A DNA stretch of 22,392 bases from Desulfuromonadales bacterium (GCA_033549025.1 JAWSUS010000037.1:1-22392), one strand, 5' to 3'; counted from the first letter of the stretch, positions 5,141 through 14,708 are shown. Notes: generated by a model from the letters alone, not told the origin. Translations and numbers: made by a program.

Positions 5141-7498
5141 CTATTTTTTCAGCAGCCGTTGCCACCAGCTTTTTTGCTGGCCGTTGTCACTTTCGCCGTA
5201 GTAGCCACCATAGTAACCGCCGTAATAGCCGTAGGCACCGCCATAATACTGCGCCCCCTTCGCATTTTTGTCGTTGAGGATCAGTCCGGCGACGGGGGAT
5301 TGCACATTGGCAAGTTGGTTTCTGAGTTCGGTAGCCGTTTTACGATTGTTGCGACCGACTTCAAAGGTCACCAGCAGCAGATCGGCCAGGCGGCTGAGCA
5401 CCATGGCATCGGTCACGGCCAGCAGGGGCGGCGCGTCGAGGATAATGTGATCGTAGCGGGTGCGCAGGTCGGCCACCAGGTCGGCCATGGCGTCGGCGGC
5501 GAGCAATTCGGCGGGATTAGGGGGCGTGCTGCCGGAAGCCAGAAAATCGACACCCCGTGCCCCGGCCAGATTGACGGCCTCTTCAAAGGTCTGGTCGCCG
5601 ACCAGCACCTCGGTCAGACCGGGTGTGCGATGTCCTTCGAAAAACTCGTGCAGAGCCGGCTTACGCAGATCGCAGCCGATGACCAGCACCCGCGTTCCCG
5701 CCGTCTGGGCCAGGGTCACGGCCAGATTGGCGGAAGTGGTGGTCTTGCCTTCGCCGGGAAAGGAACTGCTCACCATCAGCACCTGTTTGGTCTTCTGGAT
5801 GGCGGAAAAGTGGATACTGGTCCGCAGGGCCCGAAAGGCCTCGGCCGCTGGCGACTTGGGATCCAGCTGACTGACCAGGGTATGTTGCCGCCCTTGCCGG
5901 TCCTTGTCGCGACGCCCCAAAAAGGGGATGGTCACCAGCGCGGGCTGCCCGACCAGGTGCTTGATCTGCTCGGCATCCTTGAGGGTATCGTCCATGTACT
6001 CGAGGAAAAAGGCCAGGCCGACGCCGACCATGAGGCCGACGATGAGCCCCAGCAGCAGATTTTTCTTCTTCTGCGGCTTGACGGGGCGGTCGGGGGTGAT
6101 GGCCGGATCGATGATGTCGATATTGCTCATGGTGGAGGCGCGCAGAATACGGGCCTCTTCGTGTTTTTGCAGCAAAAAGGTGTAGATGTCGGCATTGACC
6201 TTGGCCTGGCGGGCCAGATGGGCCAGCTTGCGCTCGGCTTCAGGCAGTTTTTTGAGCTGCTGGTCGTAGCGGTCCAGCTCATGTTGCAGGGCGGTCCGCT
6301 GCTGGCCGAAGTTCAGCAGAATGCTGCGATAGGTGGCCAACAGTTTGCGCTGCGTCTCGGCGATCTGGCCGAGCAGGGTGAGCACGGCGGGATGCGCTTC
6401 GGTATATTCGACCGTGAGGGCCCTTTTCTGCACCTCGTATTCGGCCAGTTTCTGCGCCAGGCCGGCGACGACGGGGTCATCGAGCAAAACGGCGGGCGCG
6501 TAGTTCTGCCCCTTGGCCATCGCCTCGGAGAGGGCTTCGATAGCGAATTCAACCTGTTTGTGGCGCACCGCCACGGCCGCCATCTGCCGCTCGGTGTCGG
6601 CCAGGCGTTCAATGAAGCTTTCCGCTTCGACGTCGAGCTGGATCAGCCCGGAGGTGCTCTTGAATTGCTCGAGCTGGCTTTCGGCCCCATCGAGGTCGTG
6701 CCGCACATTTTCGAGCTGGGTCGCGATGAATTCCAGGGATTTGCTGGCCTCCTGGGTTTTGAGAGTAACGGAGCGCTCCAGAAAGACCTGCGCCAGGGTG
6801 TTGACGACATCGCGGGCGGTGACAGGATCGGCGTGGGTATAGGTCAGTTTGATGATGTTCGTCTTTTTGCCCAGCTCGTTGGCCCGTAGGGTCCCGCGCA
6901 GGCCAGCCACCGTGCGGTTAAAAGAGCGCAGAGTCAGGCGGAAGCTGTCCCCCGGCTCACCGACCAGCTCGGTCAACAGCAGCTCGATACCGTCACCGCG
7001 TAGCAGCTCCCCGGCGCGCCCCTGCCCGACCCTCTTGCCATCCGCGTCCTTGACGACATAACCCGCCTCGTCGGTCAGCTCGATGCGATAAACCGGTTCG
7101 GCCGCCGTGCTGCGGAACTCAAGCAGGCGCAGGGAAAGATCTTCGGATCTCTTGTCGATGTGCCAGTCGAGGTGCAGCCGCCGCACGACCTCTTCCACAT
7201 TGGTGCGGGAGCGCAGGATCTCGATTTCCGATTCGATAGGGCTGCCCTGCCCCAGACCGAGGTCGCCGAGCAGGTCGACCTTGCCTTTTTCGTCACGCAC
7301 ATGCAGCGTGCCCGACGCCTCAAAAATCGGCGTGGCCATGAAGGTAAAGAGAGCGACCAGCAGAAAAACAATCGCGAAGGAGGCCAGGAAAAGGCCTTTA
7401 CGGCGGGTCAGGACCTGCAGGTAATCGGAGAGGTGGATCTCTTCTTCCTGCCACATCGGCGAATCTTGCGGCTTGGGCGCGTTCTGGGAAGACGGCAT
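5141..7498 (-). CDS. wzc: Polysaccharide co-polymerase / BY tyrosine autokinase
   Basis: N-terminal 'EEEIHLSDYLQVL' plus TM, periplasmic coiled coil, 'PVKPQKK' plus second TM, 'AEAFRALRT', Walker A 'SSFPGEGKTT', Walker B 'ILDAPP', Tyr-rich tail. Confidence 0.95.
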   Translation of the reverse strand: MPSSQNAPKPQDSPMWQEEEIHLSDYLQVLTRRKGLFLASFAIVFLLVALFTFMATPIFEASGTLHVRDEKGKVDLLGDLGLGQGSPIESEIEILRSRTNVEEVVRRLHLDWHIDKRSEDLSLRLLEFRSTAAEPVYRIELTDEAGYVVKDADGKRVGQGRAGELLRGDGIELLLTELVGEPGDSFRLTLRSFNRTVAGLRGTLRANELGKKTNIIKLTYTHADPVTARDVVNTLAQVFLERSVTLKTQEASKSLEFIATQLENVRHDLDGAESQLEQFKSTSGLIQLDVEAESFIERLADTERQMAAVAVRHKQVEFAIEALSEAMAKGQNYAPAVLLDDPVVAGLAQKLAEYEVQKRALTVEYTEAHPAVLTLLGQIAETQRKLLATYRSILLNFGQQRTALQHELDRYDQQLKKLPEAERKLAHLARQAKVNADIYTFLLQKHEEARILRASTMSNIDIIDPAITPDRPVKPQKKKNLLLGLIVGLMVGVGLAFFLEYMDDTLKDAEQIKHLVGQPALVTIPFLGRRDKDRQGRQHTLVSQLDPKSPAAEAFRALRTSIHFSAIQKTKQVLMVSSSFPGEGKTTTSANLAVTLAQTAGTRVLVIGCDLRKPALHEFFEGHRTPGLTEVLVGDQTFEEAVNLAGARGVDFLASGSTPPNPAELLAADAMADLVADLRTRYDHIILDAPPLLAVTDAMVLSRLADLLLVTFEVGRNNRKTATELRNQLANVQSPVAGLILNDKNAKGAQYYGGAYGYYGGYYGGYYGESDNGQQKSWWQRLLKK

Positions 7499-7539
7499 GA
7501 TATCAGTTCAATCCTTGGCTAAAGGGCGTTCGCGGGAGG

Positions 7540-8583
7540 TTAGTCATCCTCGGTCAGATACTTGATGGAAACAAAGGGCTGCAGCACGGCGCTGATGGCC
7601 TGCAGGGACGGCAGGATCTCCTGGATGGCCTGGTTCCAGTTGCCGACGGCACTGCGCGGCACATAGACGATGTCCCCTTCGGTGAGGGGCAGAGGCAGAG
7701 CCTCACCCCGCATGATGCGGTTCTGGTCGATGACCATGAGTTCACCGCGGGTGGCAGAGAGAGAGCGGATGATGCGTACGTGTTCGGTGTTGCCGCGGGT
7801 CTCGCCGATGCCGGCGCTGGCCAGCGCCTGGGTGAGGCTCAGGCGGCCGTTGGGCATGGGCACGGGGCCGGGCTTGCTGACAGCGCCGAAGACGAAGACG
7901 TTCTGGTTCTTGTCATCGGGCACATAGATGGTATCGCCGGCCTGCAGCCAGACGTTCTGGGCGAGGGAGCCCCCCCTCAACAGCTGATAGATATCGACGG
8001 GCAGAGTCTGGCCGTCGCGGATAAGACGGGCGCCGCGCAGGTTGGCCGTATCGAGCATGCCGCCGCCCAGAGCCAGACCATTGAGCAGGGACAACGGACG
8101 GTCCATATAATAGGTGCCGGCGCTCTTGAACTGGCCGAGCAGATAAAGGGGATGACTCTTGTATTCGGCGATTTCCACCACCACCCAGGGCTCATTGAGG
8201 TAGGCGGCAAACGCCTCGCGCAGACGCGCCTCGACCTGGGCGAGAGTCAGACCGGCCACAGGCACGGGGCCGACCAGGGGCAGGCGGATAGCCCCGGAGC
8301 CGTCGACGCGGCTGCCGGAAACCTTGGTGCTGCCGCCACCGACCAGACCGGGACTGCTCAAATCTGGCTTGCCGTGGACATTGACCAGCAGAACATCGCC
8401 GGCGCCAACAACATAGTCGGGCGTGTAGGTGGCCTGTTTAGGCAGAGATGCGACCTCGACAACTTCCCTCTCAAGGACGGGCGACCCGATGACGGATTTG
8501 ACGGTACCCGGTTTGAGATCCGTATAGGAGGCGCAACCGCTGAGAAGAAGCAGCAGGCAGGTCGCCCTGAACAATAGAGACAT
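7540..8583 (-). CDS. wza: Outer-membrane polysaccharide export lipoprotein
   Basis: Lipobox 'LSGC', PES motif 'YVVGAGDVL...VDGSGAIRLPLVG', SLBB repeats, C-terminal amphipathic helix 'WNQAIQEILPSL'. Confidence 0.93.
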   Translation of the reverse strand: MSLLFRATCLLLLLSGCASYTDLKPGTVKSVIGSPVLEREVVEVASLPKQATYTPDYVVGAGDVLLVNVHGKPDLSSPGLVGGGSTKVSGSRVDGSGAIRLPLVGPVPVAGLTLAQVEARLREAFAAYLNEPWVVVEIAEYKSHPLYLLGQFKSAGTYYMDRPLSLLNGLALGGGMLDTANLRGARLIRDGQTLPVDIYQLLRGGSLAQNVWLQAGDTIYVPDDKNQNVFVFGAVSKPGPVPMPNGRLSLTQALASAGIGETRGNTEHVRIIRSLSATRGELMVIDQNRIMRGEALPLPLTEGDIVYVPRSAVGNWNQAIQEILPSLQAISAVLQPFVSIKYLTEDD

Positions 8584-8601
8584 GGTTTTCCTCTTGAGTT
8601 T

Positions 8602-10149
8602 TTAAAAAGTCATTGTGAGGCCCAGGGCCAGCAATAGATGATTTTCCTGAGCCCCGTTAACGAATTTGACATTGTCAACCCGATCGTAAAATAAATCAAC
8701 CCCCAACAGGGTCTGTGGATTGGTCTGCCATTCCAACTGCAAGCCAGACTGGTAATGTTCTTCGCTGACCGGTTGACTGTCCTCCCGTTCTTCGTAGTTC
8801 AGTGAGAAGGCCAGGCGCAGATCCTTGTTCATGATCCAGTCAAGTGCGGCGTAATAGTCCTGCCCATCGCCGCCAACAGGGTGGGCCAGAATCTGTTCTT
8901 CATAAGTATAGCCAGATTGGTAGACACTGTGTCTGTACCAGACCCGACCAATGCCGAGACCATTGCCCTTGTAGTTGAAGTCGGCAATCTCGAAACGCAG
9001 GCCAAGGCGCTGGCTCGGTTCGATCACAGGAAGATAGAGACCAAGCAGCAGGGCGTTTTTGGTGGGCCAGCGGTCGTGCTGATCCTCACCGGCCCATTCG
9101 CCATAGAGTTCGGCCTGAGCCAGGGCGGGAATTTTCAGGCGCCAGTCGAGGCCGGCCAGGGAGTTGCCGCTATCGTCATTGTGAGAAAATTTATTGTCAC
9201 CCCCCAGAACGGTAATAAACTGTTCCACATCCACCCCGGGACGCCCACCACCGCCAAACAGGGTAGTGCGTGAAGCACCGACTTCGAGCCAGGGGAAAGG
9301 CTTAAGGTTGAGGCGCATGCCGGCGAAGTAAGGTTCGGGCACGACGCGGCCTTTTTCGAGTCGGCTCCAGAAAGCGTCGAACCGAAAGGGGCCCAGAGCC
9401 TCGAAAATCCAGGGCAGGCAGACGGGAACCGGGTTGGTGATCCTCACCATATCAAGGGGTTGGGCGTTATTGGTCAGCAGCAGCGTTCCTTGACTGCCTT
9501 GCCCCCACCACAAGGCCTGACGGCCGAAGGAAATCTCCCAAGGCCCCAGCATAGTCGCCACACGGCCCTCCAGCAGGTCGATCTCCGCCTCATCTTCCGG
9601 AGTCGTCACAATAACGGGCCGATATTCGACGGACAGGAGCGAGCCCAGCCGGGCATCGCCCTGCACAAGGAGTTGTCCGTTGAAACCTTCACCGTAACGA
9701 AGACCGAAGTTATTGGTATTTAAGGCGAACTGGTGTGCATCGGTCCGGGGATAAACGGATTCCTGTCCACCCTGACAGATGACGGAGAGCTTGGTTTGGC
9801 GAAGCCATTTCAGCTGATGGCCGGCATCTTCTTCCCCCTCGATAACAGACAGGGAATCGGCCAGTTCTGTCTGTAAGCGTTTTAGGATTTCGCCAACAAC
9901 CGGGGCCGCACCTGCAGAGGCATCGGCCGCCTCTCGTGTCTGTCGGGCGGCCTCCAATCGCGTAAAGGGTCGGTCTCCCCGCAGAGACGATTGGATCAGA
10001 CCGAGTCCAGCCAGCTTGTCGAGGGCGGGGTAGACCCAGCTGTCCAAGGGCACCAAGCTGGAAACGGGAGCAGCTGGAGAGAGAGCGGGACAGCACAGCA
10101 GCGCGAGTAGCAGAAGAACCGACACGTGAAAAGAGCGACAACCAGGCAT
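8602..10149 (-). CDS. wzi: Capsule assembly outer-membrane beta-barrel protein (Wzi family)
   Basis: Signal peptide, 'GRQALWWGQG..GTLLLTNNAQPLDM', 'KPFPWLEVGASRT..FGGGGRP', 'GNSLAGLD', 'LYGEWAGED', terminal Phe. Start uncertain (10149 or 10182). Confidence 0.88.
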   Translation of the reverse strand: MPGCRSFHVSVLLLLALLCCPALSPAAPVSSLVPLDSWVYPALDKLAGLGLIQSSLRGDRPFTRLEAARQTREAADASAGAAPVVGEILKRLQTELADSLSVIEGEEDAGHQLKWLRQTKLSVICQGGQESVYPRTDAHQFALNTNNFGLRYGEGFNGQLLVQGDARLGSLLSVEYRPVIVTTPEDEAEIDLLEGRVATMLGPWEISFGRQALWWGQGSQGTLLLTNNAQPLDMVRITNPVPVCLPWIFEALGPFRFDAFWSRLEKGRVVPEPYFAGMRLNLKPFPWLEVGASRTTLFGGGGRPGVDVEQFITVLGGDNKFSHNDDSGNSLAGLDWRLKIPALAQAELYGEWAGEDQHDRWPTKNALLLGLYLPVIEPSQRLGLRFEIADFNYKGNGLGIGRVWYRHSVYQSGYTYEEQILAHPVGGDGQDYYAALDWIMNKDLRLAFSLNYEEREDSQPVSEEHYQSGLQLEWQTNPQTLLGVDLFYDRVDNVKFVNGAQENHLLLALGLTMTF

Positions 10150-10184
10150 GCAAAATCTATTATTCAGAAAGGAAGAAGACATTG

Positions 10185-10226
10185 AAAAAAAAAGGACCAG
10201 ATCATTATCCTGCAGACCTGGTCCTT
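10185..10226 (-). terminator. Intrinsic terminator after tRNA-Gly
   Basis: Minus strand AAGGACCAGGTC-11 nt-GATCTGGTCC followed by a run of 9 T. Confidence 0.8.
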
Positions 10227-10237
10227 GTTCATTTTTA

Positions 10238-10312
<75 letters not shown>

Positions 10313-10346
10313 TCATTTGTTTTGCCCGTCGTTGCGAGCGGGCCTA

Positions 10347-10375
10347 TTAATATCAAAACGATTTCGGCAAGTCAA
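10347..10375 (-). promoter_or_regulatory. Possible sigma70 promoter for tRNA-Gly
   Basis: TTGACT, 17 bp, TATTAA preceded by TGn, with T-rich tracts upstream; the -10 is imperfect. Confidence 0.45.
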
Positions 10376-10414
10376 CAGAAAATTCGAAAAAAATTTTCAA
10401 GGGCAATTTTATCT

Positions 10415-11002
10415 TTATCTGGCAATAACTTTAAAGAATTTAAGGAGATAGTCGACCCCGGACCAGACCGTCAGCACCAGGGCGATGATAAAAAAGAAGA
10501 TACCGAGATGGTGCATATTGACCTGCAGCAGGTTCCATTCCACCCCAAAGAACCAGTAGGTATCATAGTGCAGCAGCAGCGCGATGATGGCCACCATCTG
10601 GAAGATGGTCTTGTATTTTCCCAGGGGACTGGCGGCGATAACCACGCCATCGGCGGCGGCAATGGAACGCAGGCCGGTGATGATGATCTCCCGGGCCAGA
10701 ATGATGAAGACAGCCCAGGCGGGCACGCGCCCCATGGGAATCATCATGATCAGGGCCGCCATCACGAGGAGTTTGTCGGCCAGCGGATCGAGAAACTTGC
10801 CGAGGACGGTCACGATATCCCACTTGCGGGCGAGATAACCGTCGAGCCAGTCGGTCAGCGAGGCCAGCGCGAAGACGACGGCCGCCCAGAAGCTGGCGGA
10901 GGGCGTATCGAAGAGCAGCAGAACAACCAGCAGCGGCACGGCCCCGACCCGGCCGAGGGTAAGCATGTTGGGCAGATTGAGCAGACCGAGGGATGAGTTC
11001 AT
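10415..11002 (-). CDS. pgsA: CDP-diacylglycerol--glycerol-3-phosphate 3-phosphatidyltransferase
   Basis: 'NLPNMLTLGR', CDP-alcohol motif 'TDWLDGYLAR...GKFLDPLADK', 'REIIITGLR', 'GKYKT'. Confidence 0.96.
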   Translation of the reverse strand: MNSSLGLLNLPNMLTLGRVGAVPLLVVLLLFDTPSASFWAAVVFALASLTDWLDGYLARKWDIVTVLGKFLDPLADKLLVMAALIMMIPMGRVPAWAVFIILAREIIITGLRSIAAADGVVIAASPLGKYKTIFQMVAIIALLLHYDTYWFFGVEWNLLQVNMHHLGIFFFIIALVLTVWSGVDYLLKFFKVIAR

Positions 11003-11580
11003 AGCTTGGAGTCCCGGTTGATCTGATAGTGATAGAGATATTTTTTGACCCGCTCGACGTAGGTGCGCGTTTCCTCGTAGGGGGGGATGCCGCCATGGCG
11101 CCGGACGGCACCGGGACCGGCGTTGTAGGCAGCCAGAGCCAGGTCGAGACGGTTGTTGAACTGGTCGAGCATCAGGCGCAGATATCGGCTGCCCCCACGG
11201 ATATTGTCTTCCGGGTCAAAGGGGTTTCTGACGCCCATGTCGCGGGCCGTATCAGGCAGCAACTGCATCATGCCGAGGGCGCCCTTGCGGGAGATGGCTT
11301 TGGGATTGAAATCGCTCTCGGCCTTGATGACGGCCTGGATCAGCGCGGCCTCCAGGCGGTAGAGGTCGGCGAACTCGTTGATGACTTCCTTCAAGGGACG
11401 GGTGCTGGGCCCTTCCTTCATATAGAAGTTGAAATGACTGGCCGTGGGCGTATTGGTAAAGTGAACGTTGCCGTTGGAATCGACGTAGCGGTAAATGTCA
11501 GCCTGGCAGTTGGTGCCGAAAAAGGTCAGCGCCAGGGCCAAAGACAGTTGAATGACGATGTGTTTTTGCCAAGAAGCCAT
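10999..11580 (-). CDS. SLT-domain lytic transglycosylase with N-terminal DUF4124-like module
   Basis: Signal peptide, 'IYRYVDSNGNVHFTNTP', 'AVIKAESDFNPKAISRKGALGMMQL', 'LAAYNAGPG', 'ETRTYV'. Confidence 0.93.
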   Translation of the reverse strand: MASWQKHIVIQLSLALALTFFGTNCQADIYRYVDSNGNVHFTNTPTASHFNFYMKEGPSTRPLKEVINEFADLYRLEAALIQAVIKAESDFNPKAISRKGALGMMQLLPDTARDMGVRNPFDPEDNIRGGSRYLRLMLDQFNNRLDLALAAYNAGPGAVRRHGGIPPYEETRTYVERVKKYLYHYQINRDSKL

Positions 11581-11678
11581 AAAAATGACCTATCCCGATG
11601 GTTTGCAGACTGAAACTATAGGCCAAAAATTCCTGTATTTCAACCAGGTTACTGCCAGAAAGCCCGGCGCCAAAAATC

Positions 11679-11707
11679 TTGACATGACTCTGGCAGGAGC
11701 CGATAAT
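11679..11707 (+). promoter_or_regulatory. Putative sigma70 promoter of nadB
   Basis: TTGACA (11679-11684), 17 bp, GATAAT (11702-11707). Confidence 0.7.
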
Positions 11708-11811
11708 GACCTGCTTTGCAAAATCCGCCCCAACGCGGCCCTGGGCCGCTTCTCTTCCGGCCCGGTCACGGCACTGTCGGCAGGGCCGCAACCCTCTCGT
11801 GAGGTACAACG

Positions 11812-13410
11812 ATGAAAATCACTTCGGATTTCCTGGTTATCGGCAGCGGCATCGCCGGGCTGTCCTACGCGTTGAAAGTAGCAGATAAGGGGACGGTTTC
11901 CATCATCACCAAACGCACTATTTCCGAAACCGCCACCAATCTGGCCCAGGGGGGCATCGCCTCGGTCTTTTCCACCCAGGATTCCTTCGACGCCCACATC
12001 CGCGACACCATGGTCGCCGGCGCCTTCCTCTCCCACGAGGATATCGTGCGCATCGTCGTCGAGAGCGGTCCCCAGGCCATTCACGATCTCATCGACTGGG
12101 GGGTCCAGTTCACCAAGAACGCCGACGACACCTATGCCCTTACCCGGGAAGGCGGTCACAGCGCGAGGCGCATTCTCCACTCCAAGGACATGACCGGCTT
12201 CGAGATCGAGCGGGCCCTGGTGGCCGCCGTCCGCGCCCATCCCAACATCACCATCTACGAGAACCACATCGCCATCGACCTGATCTCCCAGGCCAAAGCC
12301 ATGCACCGTCGCCTGAAGCCGGACCGCTGCCTGGGCGCCTACGTCCTGGACATCGACAGCAACGAAGTGATCACCTTCGGGGCCCACTTCACGGTGCTGG
12401 CCACCGGCGGCAGCGGCAAGGTCTACCTCTATACCTGCAACCCGGATGTCGCGACCGGCGACGGCGTCGCCATGGCCTATCGGGCCGGGGCCACCATCGC
12501 CAACATGGAGTTCATCCAGTTTCACCCCACCACGCTCTACCATCCGCACGCCAAATCGTTTCTGATCTCCGAAGCGGTGCGTGGCGAAGGGGCGATTCTC
12601 AAGCGACGCGACGGCACGGCCTTCATGGCTTCCTATCATGAATTGAAAGACCTGGCCCCGCGGGATATCGTGGCCCGGGCCATCGACAACGAAATGAAGA
12701 CCTACGGGGACGATTGCGTTTTCCTGGATATCACCCACCGGGGCGCCGACTACATCAAGGACCGCTTCCCCAATATTTACGAGACCTGCCTCTCCTACGG
12801 CATCGACATGACGAAGGAGCCCATCCCCGTCGTACCGGCGGCCCATTACCTGTGCGGCGGCGTCAAGATCGACACCTTCGGCGAGACGGACATCCAGAAT
12901 CTCTTCGCCATCGGGGAGGTGTCCTGTTCCGGTCTGCATGGCGCCAACCGGCTGGCCAGCAACAGCCTGCTCGAAGGGGTGGTCTATGCCGACCGGGCCG
13001 CCAGCTGTTCCCTGGAGAGGCTGGCCGACAAACAGGCGGACTTCCCCTCCATCGAGCCCTGGGACTCAGGCAGCGCCACCGACAGCGATGAAGAGGTGGT
13101 GGTCGCCCACAACTGGGACGAAATCCGCCGCTGCATGTGGAACTACGTCGGCATTGTCCGCTCCAACAAGCGCCTGACCCGGGCCCTGCGCCGCATCAAG
13201 ATGATTCAGGAAGAGATCGCCGACTATTACTGGGACTTCTACGTCACCTCGGATCTTATTGAATTGCGCAACATCGCCACCATCGCCGAACTGATTGTGC
13301 TCTGCGCTCTGGAGCGCAAGGAGAGCCGTGGCCTGCATTACACCATCGACTACCCCGAAACCGACGATATTCACTGGAAGCACGACACCCTGATCCGCAA
13401 AGAATTTTAG
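11812..13410 (+). CDS. nadB: L-aspartate oxidase
   Basis: FAD motif 'IGSGIAGL', 'AQGGIA', 'REGGHSARRILH', 'QFHPT', 'LAPRDIVARAI', 'GLHGANRLASNSLLEG', 'ESRGLH'; GAGG RBS. Confidence 0.96.
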   Translation: MKITSDFLVIGSGIAGLSYALKVADKGTVSIITKRTISETATNLAQGGIASVFSTQDSFDAHIRDTMVAGAFLSHEDIVRIVVESGPQAIHDLIDWGVQFTKNADDTYALTREGGHSARRILHSKDMTGFEIERALVAAVRAHPNITIYENHIAIDLISQAKAMHRRLKPDRCLGAYVLDIDSNEVITFGAHFTVLATGGSGKVYLYTCNPDVATGDGVAMAYRAGATIANMEFIQFHPTTLYHPHAKSFLISEAVRGEGAILKRRDGTAFMASYHELKDLAPRDIVARAIDNEMKTYGDDCVFLDITHRGADYIKDRFPNIYETCLSYGIDMTKEPIPVVPAAHYLCGGVKIDTFGETDIQNLFAIGEVSCSGLHGANRLASNSLLEGVVYADRAASCSLERLADKQADFPSIEPWDSGSATDSDEEVVVAHNWDEIRRCMWNYVGIVRSNKRLTRALRRIKMIQEEIADYYWDFYVTSDLIELRNIATIAELIVLCALERKESRGLHYTIDYPETDDIHWKHDTLIRKEF

Positions 13411-13430
13411 CCCCCAGCCTGGAGAGACCC

Positions 13431-13703
13431 TTGGATATCGATACCCTCAGGGAAGAAATCAACCGACTGGACGACGAACTGCTCAAAATTTTCAACCAGC
13501 GCGCCGACCTGGCCCTGAAAATCGGGGAGATCAAAAAAGAGCGGCAGCTGCCCGTCTATGACCCCGACCGGGAAAAGCGCATCTTCCAGCGCATGAAGGC
13601 CATGAATCCGGGCCCCCTGGAGGACGAGGCCATCGTCCGTCTCTTTGAACGTGTCATCGACGAATCCCGCCGACTCGAACGCATTCGCACGAAAGGACTC
13701 TAG
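13431..13703 (+). CDS. Monofunctional AroQ-type chorismate mutase
   Basis: 'LREEINRLDDELLKIFNQRADLALKIGEIK...VYDPDRE'; TTG start after GGAG. Confidence 0.9.
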   Translation: MDIDTLREEINRLDDELLKIFNQRADLALKIGEIKKERQLPVYDPDREKRIFQRMKAMNPGPLEDEAIVRLFERVIDESRRLERIRTKGL

Positions 13704-13706
13704 CCC

Positions 13707-13913
13707 ATGCTCGTCGTCATGAAAAAAAGTGCCTCGGAGGATGAACTGAGCCAAATCAAACAGTTTCTGGTCGACCACGACTTCGATTTTCATCAGTCCA
13801 CCGGCGCCAACCGGATTATCATTGGCGTCATCGGCGAAACCCGGGATTTCGACGCCCAAAAGATCAAGGCCCTGCCCGGGGTCCTCGAAGTCTTCAAAAT
13901 ACCCGAGGAATAA
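13707..13913 (+). CDS. Stand-alone ferredoxin-like (ACT-like) domain homologous to the DAHP synthase N-terminal regulatory domain
   Basis: 'MLVVMKKSASEDE...HQSTGANRIIIGVIGE...LPGVLEV' follows the pattern of the regulatory domain of type I-beta DAHP synthases; ends at 68 aa. Confidence 0.8.
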   Translation: MLVVMKKSASEDELSQIKQFLVDHDFDFHQSTGANRIIIGVIGETRDFDAQKIKALPGVLEVFKIPEE

Positions 13914-13932
13914 TCCCACTCCTGCCAGATCA

Positions 13933-13963
13933 GGCGGACGGCCAGGTTCAAAGGCCGTCCGTC
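13933..13963. terminator. GC-rich hairpin between convergent genes (no U-tract)
   Basis: GGCGGACGGCC-9 nt-GGCCGTCCGTC. Confidence 0.45.
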
Positions 13964-14039
13964 ATCCCATCCCGACTCTCCCCCTCTCGCATCATCCTCG
14001 CAGCCCAGCCACGCTATCGCAGCCACGAACGCCGTCGAC

Positions 14040-14708
14040 TCAGACCCTGGGGGGAATTACGTAAAAAAGGATAGCCAGGTAGTGAAAGAAACTGCCGGCC
14101 AGCACGAAAAGATGCCAGATGGCGTGGTTGTAGGGGATGCGATCAATGGCGTAGAAGAGGACGCCCAGGGTATAGGCCACCCCGCCCGCCACCAGCCACA
14201 AGACTCCCGGCAGCGGCACGGCAGCGAGCAGGGGTTTGATGGCGACGATCACCAGCCAGCCCAGCCCGATATAGAGCAGAGGCGCGACAATGCGCAGGCG
14301 ATGGGGCATGAAGGCCTTGAAGACCATGCCGGCAAGGGCCAGGCCCCAGACCGTCCCGAACAGGGACCATCCCCAGGCCCCGTTGAGGCTGACCAGGGTA
14401 AAGGGCGTGTAGGTTCCGGCAATCATGAGGAAGATACTGGCGTGGTCGAGGATACGAAAAACGTACCGGACACCGGGAGTGCGCACCGTGTGGTAAAGGG
14501 TGGAGAGGGTGTAGAAGGTGACCAGGCCGGTCCCGTAGATGGCGCTGCTGGTAATGCGCCAGGGGTCGGAGGTGCGGGTGGCCGCCACCATCAGGATGAC
14601 GAAACCGATCACACTGACCAGGGCACCGAAACCGTGGGTCAGACGGTTGGCCAGTTCTTCCTGTTCTGAATAGTGGACCAGGCGGTCCGCCAGTCGGACG
14701 TTCTTCAC
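14040..14708 (-). CDS. trhA: Hemolysin III / PAQR-family membrane protein (TrhA/YqfA-like)
   Basis: 'EELANRLTHG', 'STLYH', 'LDHASIFLMIAGTYTP', 'HAIWHLFVL'; about 7 TM segments. Confidence 0.9.
   Translation of the reverse strand: MKNVRLADRLVHYSEQEELANRLTHGFGALVSVIGFVILMVAATRTSDPWRITSSAIYGTGLVTFYTLSTLYHTVRTPGVRYVFRILDHASIFLMIAGTYTPFTLVSLNGAWGWSLFGTVWGLALAGMVFKAFMPHRLRIVAPLLYIGLGWLVIVAIKPLLAAVPLPGVLWLVAGGVAYTLGVLFYAIDRIPYNHAIWHLFVLAGSFFHYLAILFYVIPPRV

Noticed and set aside
5093..6889. 598-aa plus-strand ORF
   Set aside because: Antisense shadow of wzc caused by GC-rich codon bias; no recognisable motifs.
11590..12939. 449-aa minus-strand ORF
   Set aside because: Antisense shadow of nadB.
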